DNA of 55,619 nt. Source: Candidatus Bathyarchaeota archaeon (GTDB lineage Archaea > Thermoproteota > Bathyarchaeia > Bathyarchaeales > Bathycorpusculaceae). Shown piece by piece: positions 20,954 to 31,158 of this stretch. Each line of letters opens with the position of its first letter. The stretch's first letter is position 1. The stretch spans positions 1-55,619 of the forward strand of contig CAVYRJ010000010.1 in NCBI GenBank assembly GCA_963770935.1. The letters are read 5' to 3'. The notes beneath the pieces are model-generated. The model saw nothing but the letters and a program-made list of their open reading frames with translations, did no database searches and was not told the origin of the DNA. The translations under genes were made by a program, and so were the position numbers.

Positions 20954-21783
20954 GTGAAGTTAACCTGCGCAAATCGCCAGCACGTTTCTCCATACCCAGG
21001 TTGAGTTACCGTGTTTGGAGGGTTTGGCACCGCAACTTTGACGTCTTCACAAAAACCATAAAAGTCAACTTTTTACCTTCACTTCTGGAACCTATCCTTT
21101 ACCTGTTGGCTTTTGGCTTCGGTTTAGGTGGATTCATCCCAAACATTCAAGGTCAATCATACATTGCTTTTATTGCTCCAGCACTGGTGGCTATTTCCGT
21201 AATGAACGGCTCATTTTTTGAATGCACCTTTGCTTCGTTTGTACGCATGTACTTCCAAAAAACCTTCGATGCTATCGTCGCCACACCTGTAAGCGTAGAA
21301 GAGGTTGTTGCAGGAGAACTGCTTTGGGGAGCAACTAGATCAACCATTAACACGACCATAGTGTTGGTGGTGGTTGCAGCTTTCGGCTTAGTTTCAGGTC
21401 CGTTGTTTCTGCTTGTTATTCCATTGGCTTTTTTTGGGGGATTAATGTTTGCTTCTATGGCAATGTGTTTTACATCTGTTGCGCCAAACATCGACTTCTT
21501 TAATTTTCCATCATTCCTGTTTCTGACGCCAATGTTCTTCTTATGCGGAACATTCTTCCCATTAACAACCCTTCCAACTGCGGCGCAAGGAGTTGCAATC
21601 GCTATTCTACCGTTAACCCACGTTGTAAACCTCACAAGAGGACTTATTTCAGGTCATCTGGAACCTATCCTTGGATTGAACCCTGCGACTTTAATTGTTG
21701 TAAGTTTCATCTGGGTAATTGCAGTTACACTGTTCTTCTTTGTACTCAGCATTAACCTAATGAAAAAACGCTTGACACATTAG
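20950..21783 (+). CDS. ABC-2 exporter permease, NodJ-like
   Basis: LEPILYL, YIAFIAP, FFP, LPLTH; 6 TM. Confidence 0.85.
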   Translation: MSEVNLRKSPARFSIPRLSYRVWRVWHRNFDVFTKTIKVNFLPSLLEPILYLLAFGFGLGGFIPNIQGQSYIAFIAPALVAISVMNGSFFECTFASFVRMYFQKTFDAIVATPVSVEEVVAGELLWGATRSTINTTIVLVVVAAFGLVSGPLFLLVIPLAFFGGLMFASMAMCFTSVAPNIDFFNFPSFLFLTPMFFLCGTFFPLTTLPTAAQGVAIAILPLTHVVNLTRGLISGHLEPILGLNPATLIVVSFIWVIAVTLFFFVLSINLMKKRLTH

Positions 21784-22703
21784 GCCATTATGTCCCTGGC
21801 TTCCGCAATTATCAGGTAATAAGCAGCTAATCCTTTCCATTTGCCCCATCCTTTAGCGATTTCGCGTGCTTCAGCCGTCTTAATCTTTTTTCCGTTGCAA
21901 TAATATCTTGAAATAACCCGTCTAATGCCAAAATCGTCCGCTGGCAAAGCATCCAATTTCTGCATTCCCCGCAACATGGTAAGCTCAGCAGTCCAAACGC
22001 CGATTCCGCGGATTTCATCCAGTTCAGAGATAATTTGATCAGGGTTTTTTTCGTTTTTCAGTTGCTCAAGATTCAACTTTTTATCTGCAATCAGCTTTGC
22101 AGCGTTTTGGATGTACTCGGCTTTTCGCATGCTCAATCCAACATGCTGGATTTCACTTATGCTGTTAATGGCGATGTTTTGTGGTTTTGGATAGGCAAAG
22201 TAAATGTTGCCTTCTATGGTGAGGGTTTCGCCGAATTTCTTAACTAACCTTTGCTCTATTGTATGTGCAACTTTTATGGAGATTTGCTGCTCCACGATGG
22301 AGTCAACGAGGGATTCGAAGACTGTTGGAGTAGTTGGGTTTTTTAACCCATACAGCTGCTTGGATATTTTGTGCATTGCAGGGTTGTTTTCCACGTCTTG
22401 GTAGAATGCGCAAAGGTTGAAATCTAAATTGAAAATGTAGTTGATGGCATCTGCAGCGGTTTTGCAATCTTTTGATGTTAAGGGTTTGTTTGATTTTAGT
22501 TCAACAACAATTTTCGGTTGCTGAATCGTTCCAATAGAAGTTAATTTTACTAATACAAGGTTTTTGTTGATTTCCAGCACTTGATGAAATTCGCCGTTTG
22601 TGTAACTGCGAATTTGTTTGTCACCGCTGGAGAAGATTTGAGCGGTTAAATCGAAGTTGAATGGTGCCAATGGTTGAAGTGTAAAGGTTTCAGTGTAAGT
22701 CAT
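21780..22703 (-). CDS. alkA: AlkA/OGG family HhH-GPD DNA glycosylase
   Basis: IVEQQIS, GLS.RKAEYI, IRGIGVWTAE, PADD. Confidence 0.85.
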   Translation of the reverse strand: MTYTETFTLQPLAPFNFDLTAQIFSSGDKQIRSYTNGEFHQVLEINKNLVLVKLTSIGTIQQPKIVVELKSNKPLTSKDCKTAADAINYIFNLDFNLCAFYQDVENNPAMHKISKQLYGLKNPTTPTVFESLVDSIVEQQISIKVAHTIEQRLVKKFGETLTIEGNIYFAYPKPQNIAINSISEIQHVGLSMRKAEYIQNAAKLIADKKLNLEQLKNEKNPDQIISELDEIRGIGVWTAELTMLRGMQKLDALPADDFGIRRVISRYYCNGKKIKTAEAREIAKGWGKWKGLAAYYLIIAEARDIMA

Positions 22704-22802
22704 TTGGTTTCATCTTGAAGCTGGTTTGCTTAATTGAGGGTTTTGGGATATTAAAGATTTTTAACTTTAAAGTGCATTGTAGCCAATAAGGAAGATTAAC
22801 AA

Positions 22803-23478
22803 TTGCGTTTAGTCATTCGAATTGGCGGTTCAGTGGTTGCGTCACCAGTCAACACCGAATTGATGAGCAAATACGCTGACATAATAAAAACCATAAAACA
22901 GCAGGGACACGATGTTGTGGTGGTTTTAGGTGGCGGCGCCTTGGCAAGGGAATTTATCGGACTTGCCAAAAACTTGAGCTTGGACATGACTGCTCAAGAT
23001 GAAATTGCGATTTCTTGTTCGCGTCTGTTTGCGCAGCTTTTTCTCAAAAAAATAGGCGAAGCCGCCTGCAGCAAAGTTGCGACAACTGTTGATGAAGCAG
23101 CAGAATGTTTGGGGCGAGGCAAAATAGTTGTTATGGGTGGCCTAAAGCCAGGAATCACAACCGATGCTGTTGCAACGTTGGTAGCTGAGCGTATAAATGC
23201 TGAATTGTTGGTTAAAGGAACCGACCAAAACGGCGTTTACGATAAAGACCCCAGAAAACATCACTGATGCAGTCAAGCTTGATCAGTTATCGGTTGAGGA
23301 TTTAGCTAAAATATTTGAACACAATGAGCACAAGGCTGGGATTCACCAGATTATCGACCCTGAAGCAATCAAAGTGCTAAAACGCCACCGCTTGAAACTT
23401 GTTGTTGTGAATGGGTTTGTGCCTGAGAACATTTTGGCAGCGATTAAGGGCGAGAACGTTGGCACAGTAATAAGTTAG
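22803..23478 (+). CDS. pyrH: UMP kinase (frameshift near 23262)
   Basis: IGGS, GGGALAR, GGLKPG.TTD, GVYDKDPRK, GTVI. Confidence 0.9.
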
Positions 23479-23662
23479 CTTCTTTTAAAGGCTATAGAAA
23501 AAAAATCACAACTGATTCGAAGCCTAGAAAACAAGTAAAAGCCTTAAATTTCTTTCTGCAAGAGACCTATACTTTTTCTGAAAACAGCCCCAAAAGTATC
23601 AGAGCTCGGTTTCCGCTGGAAAGGTTTATTTCATTGCAGACACCTTTGATGTGAAATTGCAG

Positions 23663-23710
23663 GCGGACAAACATGTCCGTTGGGATGTGGTCCTTCGGGA
23701 CTGAACCGTA
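23663..23710 (+). ncRNA. Structured 5' leader of rpl15e (candidate ribosomal-protein leader)
   Basis: Hairpin CGGACA-AACA-TGTCCG followed by GGATGTG-GTCC-TTCG-GGAC-TGAACC (UUCG tetraloop flanked by kink-turn-like GA/CUGA elements). Confidence 0.55.
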
Positions 23711-23740
23711 AGCAAAAAATACACATAGGAGAAAAAATAT

Positions 23741-24349
23741 ATGGCATACAAATATATAGCCGAAGAATGGGCTCAGCCCGAAAAAAGCTTCGTTGAAGAA
23801 CTCATGCGCCAACGCTTAGTGCAGTGGCGTAAACAACCAACCGTACTACGCATCGAGCACCCCACAAGACTCGATCGCGCAAGAAAACTAGGCTACAAAG
23901 CCAAACAAGGCTTCGTAGTTGCCCGAACAAAAGTCCGTAGAGGCGGATTAAGAAAACTACGTCCCCGATCAGGACGACGACCCAAACGCATGGGAGTCGC
24001 AAAATTCAAACCAGGAAAAAGCATCCGATTAATCGCAGAAGAACGAACTGCCAAAAGGTTCCCTAACCTAGAAGTCTTAAACAGCTATTGGGTAGGCGAA
24101 GACGGCAAACACAAATGGTTCGAAGTAATACTCCTTGACCCCAATGCACCAACCATTAAAACCGATAAAGACGTTGGCTGGATAACAGAACCTCAACATG
24201 CGAGCAGAGTCTTCCGCAGCATGACAAGCGCAGGCAAAAACGTAAGAGGATTACACCACCGTGGTCGAGGCTCAGAAAAAGCCCGTCCAAGCCGCAGAAC
24301 TGGTAACACAGGCAGACACGGTGACCACCAGTTAAAAGGAGGCAAGTAA
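23741..24349 (+). CDS. rpl15e: 50S ribosomal protein L15e
   Basis: [39 protein letters not shown]. Confidence 0.97.
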   Translation: MAYKYIAEEWAQPEKSFVEELMRQRLVQWRKQPTVLRIEHPTRLDRARKLGYKAKQGFVVARTKVRRGGLRKLRPRSGRRPKRMGVAKFKPGKSIRLIAEERTAKRFPNLEVLNSYWVGEDGKHKWFEVILLDPNAPTIKTDKDVGWITEPQHASRVFRSMTSAGKNVRGLHHRGRGSEKARPSRRTGNTGRHGDHQLKGGK

Positions 24350-24610
24350 ATGCACCACCTCAAAGTAATTATCACTAAACAGAACGGCAAACAAAAAACT
24401 GGTCAAGGCTTTAGTCCAAATGAACTCAAAGAAGCAGGCGTAAACAAGCAGCAAGCCAAACAAATGGGCATACGCATCGACATTAAACGCAAATCCACCC
24501 ACAAAGAAAACGTGGACTGCATAAAATTACACGCGCAAGAAGCAAAAACTAAAGCTGAAGCAGCCCCAAAAAAACCTAAACCCACATTCAAAGCCAAACA
24601 AAAAAGCTAA
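24350..24610 (+). CDS. rpl13e: 50S ribosomal protein L13e (short archaeal form)
   Basis: G.GFS..ELKEAG....A..MGI.ID.KRKS.H.ENV. Confidence 0.85.
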   Translation: MHHLKVIITKQNGKQKTGQGFSPNELKEAGVNKQQAKQMGIRIDIKRKSTHKENVDCIKLHAQEAKTKAEAAPKKPKPTFKAKQKS

Positions 24611-24643
24611 AAGCAAAACAACACAACACAAACTCGGTGCCCA

Positions 24644-25090
24644 ATGTCTGCTAAACCGCCAATAGCCTACATCGATATACGTGTCTTTGCACACGCAACC
24701 GAAGAACCATCTAAAGTCCAAAAAGCCGTACAAAACTTACTACCAACCGCGCTTTCACAAACCCTTCTTTTCGAAAAAACCAGTTGCACGGGGCATCATG
24801 GAAACCCCATTATCCTTTTTACCTCTAAATTAACCGACAAAAAACTGCTTCCAAGCATGATTGAAAAAATTGGAAAAGACCTTGGCACTTTGGATAAGGA
24901 AGAATTAAACCGCTACCTCAAAATGCACATAGAAAAAGGCAACTTATTTTTGCGGTTCGACAAACAATCTGCCTTTTTAGGCACACTCAAGTTTTCTCAA
25001 AATGACCCTATTCATATAAAAATTCACTTCAAAAACAAAACCACACAGGAAATAACGGAGATTTTAAGGCAAGCTGGGCTACTGCTATGA
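24644..25090 (+). CDS. Predicted exosome-associated RNA-binding protein (DUF54 family)
   Basis: HATEE..KV..A, GHHGNPI, LRFDKQ.A; conserved position before rnp3. Confidence 0.8.
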   Translation: MSAKPPIAYIDIRVFAHATEEPSKVQKAVQNLLPTALSQTLLFEKTSCTGHHGNPIILFTSKLTDKKLLPSMIEKIGKDLGTLDKEELNRYLKMHIEKGNLFLRFDKQSAFLGTLKFSQNDPIHIKIHFKNKTTQEITEILRQAGLLL

Positions 25091-25821
25091 CGCGAGCCTT
25101 CGCAGATTTGCATTTGCGCATTAACCCCAAAGACCAGCAAACAGCTAAACGACTAATAAGCAAGGCAGCGCAACTGGGTTACCGATACATTAGCATTCCA
25201 CATACTAACGGCGTACAAGAAGCCGAAACAGCAAAACTCAAAGCCATGTGTGCCCAAGCAGGCTTAGATTTCGTCTTACGCGCAGATTTTAAGCCCCATA
25301 GCCAAGAAGACCTGATGCGTTTTCTACGCAAGTTCAGGCGACAATTTGAAGTCATATGCATAATTTGCGACAGCAAAGAGATTGCACGCCAAGCTGCCAA
25401 AGACAGACGCGTTGACCTTCTAAATTTTCCAAGCCTCGACTATCATAAACGGTTTTTTGACCGCGCCGAAGCCGAACTTGCCAGCTGCAGTCTCGCAGGT
25501 CTGGAAGTAGATATAAAATCACTGCTTATTTTGGAAGGACCAGCACGCGTCAGGTTACTTTCGAGTCTTCGCCGGGAAGTAGCGATTGCACTTGAGTTCC
25601 ATGTGCCCGTTGTTATTTCAAGCGGTGTTAGCGAAGAGCATCTGTTACGAATGCCGCGCGATTTGGCATCTATAGCTTTTTTGTTTGGGTTAGATGAGAC
25701 ACAAGCTTTGGATGCCATTTCATCTAATCCAACTGGGATTGTCCTGCGTAACCGAGAAAAACTTAGTTCAAAATTTGTTGCACCAGGTATAAGAGTGGTT
25801 AGGGAGGGCAAACAAGTTTGA
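25087..25821 (+). CDS. rnp3: Ribonuclease P protein subunit p30
   Basis: ADLHL, ARQAAKDRRVDLL, VISSG....LR.PRD. Confidence 0.85.
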   Translation: MTRAFADLHLRINPKDQQTAKRLISKAAQLGYRYISIPHTNGVQEAETAKLKAMCAQAGLDFVLRADFKPHSQEDLMRFLRKFRRQFEVICIICDSKEIARQAAKDRRVDLLNFPSLDYHKRFFDRAEAELASCSLAGLEVDIKSLLILEGPARVRLLSSLRREVAIALEFHVPVVISSGVSEEHLLRMPRDLASIAFLFGLDETQALDAISSNPTGIVLRNREKLSSKFVAPGIRVVREGKQV

Positions 25822-26132
25822 AACGTGTAAAACGCCGTTACTTAGCCCTGCAACTTGAATGCGACGTTATGCCTAGTGAGCGGGAGTTTATGGATGCAGT
25901 TTGGGCTGCTGTAACTAAGTTGTATGGTGAGGTTGGGGCGAGTTTGACGGGACTTTCTTTAATTAATTTTGACGGGGAACGGAAAATTTTTGTTGTGCGT
26001 TCTTCGCTTGCGTCTTTGCCAATGGTGAGGGCTTCGTTGGCTACGGTGACTGGTGTGGCTGGTAAGTGTGCGTCGGTGCATGTTTTGGCGATTTCGGGTA
26101 CGCTTAAAGCGTTGTATTCCAACATTTGCTAG
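25818..26132 (+). CDS. rnp2: Ribonuclease P protein subunit Pop5/Rpp14
   Basis: KRRYLA, LYGEVGA, ISGTLK. Confidence 0.85.
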   Translation: MKRVKRRYLALQLECDVMPSEREFMDAVWAAVTKLYGEVGASLTGLSLINFDGERKIFVVRSSLASLPMVRASLATVTGVAGKCASVHVLAISGTLKALYSNIC

Positions 26133-26273
26133 TTTGAATGTAAATTTTTTGTTTACATAATGACAAGTAATTTTGTTTCAAAGTCACGTATACCGTTTGA
26201 CAAATTTACAAAAAGTATGCAGTAACGTTTATCAATTACATGTAAGCGTTAGTTAGCATTACAAAACATACGT

Positions 26274-27539
26274 TTGGAAAATAAAAAAATAGACAGAGTA
26301 GAACAAAAAATGGACATAAAAGACTTCTATTTCAAACTAAAACCCCTAAAAACAAACCCAATCATAGATGACACAACACTTCGCGACGGCATCCAAATGC
26401 CCGGCTTAGCAGCAGGACCAAAAGACTCAGCCAAAATCGCACAGCTACTAAGCGAAATAGGAGTCGAAAGAATCGAATTATTCCACTATCAAGAACCAGA
26501 CAAAAAAGCAGCCAAACTAATCGGGAATTTGAATCTTGATTTGCGAGTAGCAGGCTGGTGCAGAGCTGTCAAAGAAGACATCGACAGTGCAGTCCAATGC
26601 GGATTAAAGGAAGTTGGCATTTCACACCCAGTCTCAGACATACACTTCAAAGCTAAATGGCCAGAAAAAACCCGTGAACAAATATTAGCAAACATCATAG
26701 ACGTGGTTGAGTATGCAGCTAAGACTTGTGGTTTGAGAACTTTCGTTCACGGCGAAGACAGTACCCGTGCGGATTGGACATTTGAGAAGAACTTCATCAA
26801 TGCTGTTGCGGATGCCGGAGCAGAATGTTACCGGATCTGCGACACAGTCGGTATCGGATTATCTGATCCAGAAGCACCTTTACCACACGGTATCCCCGCT
26901 AAGGTAGTTGCCGTCAAGAAGGAAACCCGGATTGGGGCAATTGAGATCCATGCGCACGACGATTTCGGGAACGCTGTTGAAAACACAATGGCTGCAATTA
27001 AGGCTGCTTCAGGCGTTTGGGACAAAGTTTACGCAAGCACAACATACCTAGGCATTGGTGAACGCGCAGGCAACGCTGAAACTGAGAAGGTTTTGCTGAA
27101 CTTGTATTTACATTATGGCGTCAAAAAGTTTGATGGTAAGACAGAGAAAATGAAGGCAACTGCCGATTACATTGGCAGAGCCACAGGTTACGTGGTTCCG
27201 CCTAACAAGGCGATCGTTGGCGACTATGGTTTCGCACATGAATCGGGAATTCACACCCACGGCGTCCTCAATGATCCATGGACCTATGAGCCCTATCCTC
27301 CTGAATTAGTCGGCAACATAAGACGCTTAACCATCGGCAAACAATCAGGTAAAGGCATCATCAAACACAAAATCACTGAGCTATCCGGAAATGTTCCCGA
27401 TGACGAAACCGTCGCTACAGTTGTGGATAGAGTCAAGGATATGTATGCTAGTGGTCGTAGAGCTTCACTGAAAGAAGAAGAGTTCAAGAAGATACTTCGT
27501 ATACTGAAAATCCTGCCTGAAAACAACAACTGCCGTTAG
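26274..27539 (+). CDS. DRE-TIM acyltransferase (homocitrate/isopropylmalate/Re-citrate synthase family), no regulatory domain
   Basis: DTTLRDG.Q, CDTVG, HAHDDFG, GIGERAGNA, HESGIH, YEP, IGKQSG. Confidence 0.85.
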   Translation: MENKKIDRVEQKMDIKDFYFKLKPLKTNPIIDDTTLRDGIQMPGLAAGPKDSAKIAQLLSEIGVERIELFHYQEPDKKAAKLIGNLNLDLRVAGWCRAVKEDIDSAVQCGLKEVGISHPVSDIHFKAKWPEKTREQILANIIDVVEYAAKTCGLRTFVHGEDSTRADWTFEKNFINAVADAGAECYRICDTVGIGLSDPEAPLPHGIPAKVVAVKKETRIGAIEIHAHDDFGNAVENTMAAIKAASGVWDKVYASTTYLGIGERAGNAETEKVLLNLYLHYGVKKFDGKTEKMKATADYIGRATGYVVPPNKAIVGDYGFAHESGIHTHGVLNDPWTYEPYPPELVGNIRRLTIGKQSGKGIIKHKITELSGNVPDDETVATVVDRVKDMYASGRRASLKEEEFKKILRILKILPENNNCR

Positions 27540-27545
27540 TTAGCG

Positions 27546-27568
27546 AAAGGGAAAATAACCCTTTTTTT
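27546..27568 (+). terminator. Hairpin plus U-tract terminator
   Basis: AAAGGG-AAAATAA-CCCTTT followed by more T residues, just after the stop codon. Confidence 0.45.
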
Positions 27569-27597
27569 ATTATCCATTAGTTCAAGAGTGACTGTTC

Positions 27598-27846
27598 ATG
27601 GTTGACATTTCGTTAATTGTGATTGTTAGCAATACGTTGGTTGTTTTTGCTACTTTCGTAGCCACGCTTTACCGTATTAAAATAGAGCGAGATCAAATCA
27701 GAACTTTCAAAGGGAACGTTAATGCTGTTCAATGTTTGGAGTCTTTCAGAAAATACGTTAAAGCTGAGCGCCATGAACTGGTGGAAATGGATAAAGATGA
27801 GCTGCAAAAGTTTATGGACTACCTTGAGAAGCTAGGGGAAGTTTAG
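27598..27846 (+). CDS. Small membrane-anchored hypothetical protein
   Basis: ATG start, N-terminal TM, charged helical C-terminus. Confidence 0.6.
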   Translation: MVDISLIVIVSNTLVVFATFVATLYRIKIERDQIRTFKGNVNAVQCLESFRKYVKAERHELVEMDKDELQKFMDYLEKLGEV

Positions 27847-27897
27847 TTAAAACTTATATAATAATTCCTATCTCAAAAAGTAATTGAGCGGGGAAAA

Positions 27898-28629
27898 TTG
27901 AGTTTAGCCGTAGAAGCAAATTTAATAACTAAACAATTTGGCCAAGTAAGAGCGCTTGACGGAGTAAGCTTTAACATTAAACCAGGCGAAATCTACGGCT
28001 TAATTGGACCCAACGGTGCCGGAAAAACCACGACACTGCGAATTGTCTGCACATTAATCCAGCCAACAACAGGCACGATAAAGATTTTTGGTCAAGATGC
28101 AACCAAGCAACCTGAAAAGACGCGGCAAATTATCAGTTATTTGCCTGAGGAATCTGGTGCATATCCCAACCTTACGGGTTTAGAGTACCTTCAGTTCATG
28201 GCCAAACTCCAGAGCAAACCAGACACAAACCTAAAAGCCACCATAGAAGAAGCAACGAAAATCTGCGGTCTAGGAGACCGATTGAAAGATAAAGCCAAAA
28301 CCTACAGCAAAGGCATGAAACGACGATTGCTTGTCGCACGGGCTTTAATGACTAGGCCAAAGTTAGCTGTTCTTGATGAACCTGCAAGCGGATTAGACGT
28401 TTTGTACGCTTACCATATCCGAGAAATCATTAAACGCTATGTCAAGGAGCATGGGGTAACGGTTTTGCTTAGTAGCCACAACATGCTTGAAGTTGAATAC
28501 CTCTGCGACCGTGTTGCGCTTGTGCACAAAGGGAAGTTGGTGATTGAGGGGGAACCTAAAGCGCTTAAAGCACAGTATAGTAGCGAGAACTTGGAAGAGG
28601 TTTTTGCGAAGGTGGTTGGATTTGCTTAA
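27898..28629 (+). CDS. ABC exporter ATPase (NatA-like)
   Basis: GPNGAGKTT, YSKGMKRRL, LDEPASGLD. Confidence 0.88.
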   Translation: MSLAVEANLITKQFGQVRALDGVSFNIKPGEIYGLIGPNGAGKTTTLRIVCTLIQPTTGTIKIFGQDATKQPEKTRQIISYLPEESGAYPNLTGLEYLQFMAKLQSKPDTNLKATIEEATKICGLGDRLKDKAKTYSKGMKRRLLVARALMTRPKLAVLDEPASGLDVLYAYHIREIIKRYVKEHGVTVLLSSHNMLEVEYLCDRVALVHKGKLVIEGEPKALKAQYSSENLEEVFAKVVGFA

Positions 28630-29911
28630 AGGCTTCACAACAATCCTTATCAAAGAACTAAAAGAGCTTATGCGTGACCCAAAAATCCTAGTCGGCATGA
28701 TAGTGTTGCCCTTGATTATGTTTCCGGTCCTTGGTTTAGTTATGGGTTTTGCGGTTCAGTCAGCTCAGGAGGAAGCACAAAGGGCGACTTTGCTAGTTGT
28801 CGACAATGACAACAATGGAAATTGGAGTAGTGCGTTTGTAAGTTATTTGAATAGCACCATGAATGTGGAAGTTATCAGAGACCTTTCGCCACAAAACATT
28901 GTTGATCAAGGTTTGCTTGGGAAATACAACAGTTCTATGTTTCTGGAGATTCCTTCAGGATTCAGCAATAACTTGACTATGCATGCCAATGGCGCAAAGA
29001 ATGTTACGGGAATGGTCAATGTCTACGGAGTATTCACTGGCGGAGGCGGAATTTTCAGCGGCATTGGCGGAACAGCGGTCACTGCAATTGTTGGGAGTTT
29101 TAACCGTGCAGTAGCGCCGGATGTAGTTGCAGTTTCCCAATCAAGCATCATTAAGGGTCAAATCGAGCAGGGCGTTGATGCCAGCACCCTTTCGGGTTTA
29201 ATGTTGTCACAATCTATTGCTTTACCAATCACCATTATGATCATGTTGACTTATGCGATGCAGATTGCTGCCACCAGTGTGGCGATGGAGAAGGAAGAAA
29301 AAACTTTGGAGACTTTGCTTACTACCCCTGTGGACAGGTTTGCAATTTTAATGGGAAAAGTTTCAAGCACAATCATTGTTGCTGGGGCTGCTTCGATTGC
29401 AGTTTTGGTCGGCTACAACTACATGATTGGCTCTATATCAAATAATATCGCTGGAAATGTGAGTGGCAGCGTTGATTTGGTTGCTCTTGGTTTAGTGCCT
29501 TCAGTTTGGGGCTATATTCTTCTGGGTGTCAGCTTATTTTTCACGTTGATGTCGGCTTTAGCGCTGGCAGTGATTATGTCCGCGTTCAGCGAAAATGTCC
29601 GTGGGGCACAAGCGTTGGTTGGTTATATTTATCCGTTAATTTTCATACCTTCGCTAGCTTTGGTTTACTTGGATGTGAATTCGCTGCCGCTTGCAGTAAA
29701 AGCAATCTTTTATGCTATTCCGTATAGTCACCCAATTATTGCGGCAAAAGCAGTAGTTACAGGAGATTACGGAACGGTAATATTCGGAATTGCTTATGTT
29801 GCAATCTTTACAATAGCTATAATGTACATCGCCTCACGGCTATTTGCAACAGAGAAAATTTTGACAGCAAAACTAAAATTCGGCAAAGGAAAAGCAAAAC
29901 CAAGCGAATAA
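28622..29911 (+). CDS. ABC exporter permease (NatB-like)
   Basis: KELKELMRD, EKEEKTLETLL.TPV, IPYSHP; TTG start overlapping the ATPase stop. Confidence 0.85.
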   Translation: MLKGFTTILIKELKELMRDPKILVGMIVLPLIMFPVLGLVMGFAVQSAQEEAQRATLLVVDNDNNGNWSSAFVSYLNSTMNVEVIRDLSPQNIVDQGLLGKYNSSMFLEIPSGFSNNLTMHANGAKNVTGMVNVYGVFTGGGGIFSGIGGTAVTAIVGSFNRAVAPDVVAVSQSSIIKGQIEQGVDASTLSGLMLSQSIALPITIMIMLTYAMQIAATSVAMEKEEKTLETLLTTPVDRFAILMGKVSSTIIVAGAASIAVLVGYNYMIGSISNNIAGNVSGSVDLVALGLVPSVWGYILLGVSLFFTLMSALALAVIMSAFSENVRGAQALVGYIYPLIFIPSLALVYLDVNSLPLAVKAIFYAIPYSHPIIAAKAVVTGDYGTVIFGIAYVAIFTIAIMYIASRLFATEKILTAKLKFGKGKAKPSE

Positions 29912-30005
29912 GCCCTGATTTTTTCTCTAGTCCGTTATAATATGATTAGACTACTATGTGCTAAAACGGGTCTAGAGTAAAGGTTCCTAAATCTACTTAA
30001 CTAAA

Positions 30006-30043
30006 GTTGTTGGTTGGATTAAATTTTAATCCCCAAACCCAAA
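30006..30043. repeat. Island palindrome copy A
   Basis: GTTGTTGGTT-GGATTAAATTTTAATCC-CCAAACCCAAA; perfect 8-1-8 palindrome at 30016-30032. Confidence 0.85.
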
Positions 30044-30164
30044 TAGAAAATTCTTCTATCTGTGACTGCGCATAAGCTATCACATTGTTTTAAATTCAGC
30101 ACTAAACGGAGTTACAATGTGAAGTCTAGATTATACGAAATTTTCCCTATGGAGGTGAAAGCTC

Positions 30165-30428
30165 TTGATTTTTGTAAGTCTTGGCAAAATGAGGAAGAAA
30201 CCTGATAAGGCAATGGCTGGGAACGCCACCGAAAAAGTGGCGGAGTTCAAGAAGAAGGGAATAAACATCCTGAACTGGTATTGGACCCTTGGGCGCTATG
30301 ATACAGTCGTTGTATTTGAAGCTGCAAACGAAAAAGAAGCGCTAAAATTCTCCTTAGGAGTAGCAGAGTTCGTAGCCACAGAAACCCTTGTAGCGATACC
30401 GAGGCAAGAGGCAATAGAGCTTCTATAA
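30165..30428 (+). CDS. GYD-domain protein
   Basis: YWTLGRYD.VVVFEA; GGAGGTGA ribosome-binding site. Confidence 0.85.
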   Translation: MIFVSLGKMRKKPDKAMAGNATEKVAEFKKKGINILNWYWTLGRYDTVVVFEAANEKEALKFSLGVAEFVATETLVAIPRQEAIELL

Positions 30429-30488
30429 GAAAAGTTGTTGTCCAGCGCAAATGTTTTTGTGCAACAGTTTATCCTCTTTTCCCTTTTT

Positions 30489-30517
30489 GGATTAAAACTT
30501 GGTCCCCAAACCTAAAA
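30489..30517. repeat. Island palindrome copy B (degenerate)
   Basis: GGATTAAAACTTGGTCC-CCAAACCTAAAA. Confidence 0.7.
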
Positions 30518-30899
30518 CTACTACTCCATAGTCTTCTAGAAGCAAAACATAAAATCGTCTAATATGTATAGTCGGAATCCAGTATACGCCCTTATTGATT
30601 GTATTCAGGTATTGTTGCCTGTTTCATGGCGCACTCTTTTTCATAATGAATACGGTGACGCTATAAAGCTTTCAAACGTCATGGTGAGTCTAAAAAATTA
30701 GGCTTTTATTTTTCATCCTTCAAAACGAACTTGTAACATTCACATTTAGGTTTAGTACACACTCTATCTAAAAAATACGAATGCTCACTTTTAAGATGCC
30801 CACACGTGCACATTTCAATTTTAATTTTAGCTTTATCCATCAAGATTTATCCTTGTTAAATGAACAACTTTAACCTTCAAAAAGTTTTAGGTGTGGGTC

Positions 30900-30925
30900 A
30901 AATTAAATTTTAATCCCCAAATAGG
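30900..30925. repeat. Island palindrome copy C
   Basis: AAATTAAATTTTAATCC-CCAAATAGG. Confidence 0.8.
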
Positions 30926-30996
30926 AAGAAAAATAGCAAACACTAAAATAAGGTAAATAAAATATTGATAAAGTGCATAAACAACCTGAGAAAGAC

Positions 30997-31125
30997 TTGA
31001 ATAGGGTTTTATGTCCAAAGTGTCCTTATTGTGGTAGAACTCTTCTTGAAGAAGATGAAGATGTCGTTAAGTGTTTTGATTGTGGTATGGGCAAGTATAA
31101 GCAAGGTAGACATAAGAAGTATTGA
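30997..31125 (+). CDS. 42-aa Zn-ribbon microprotein (below the ORF-track cutoff)
   Basis: MNRVLCPKCPYCGRTLLEEDEDVVKCFDCGMGKYKQGRHKKY; two CxxC pairs. Confidence 0.55.
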   Translation: MNRVLCPKCPYCGRTLLEEDEDVVKCFDCGMGKYKQGRHKKY

Positions 31126-31158
31126 AAATAATTGCTAAAGTAATGATATGGAAGAACA

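Noticed and set aside
22738-22765. Further palindrome copies (GGGTTTTGGGATATTAAAG at 22738; GATTAAAATGAAATTC at about 32739)
   Set aside because: The palindromic core is too degenerate and both overlap plausible TATA regions.
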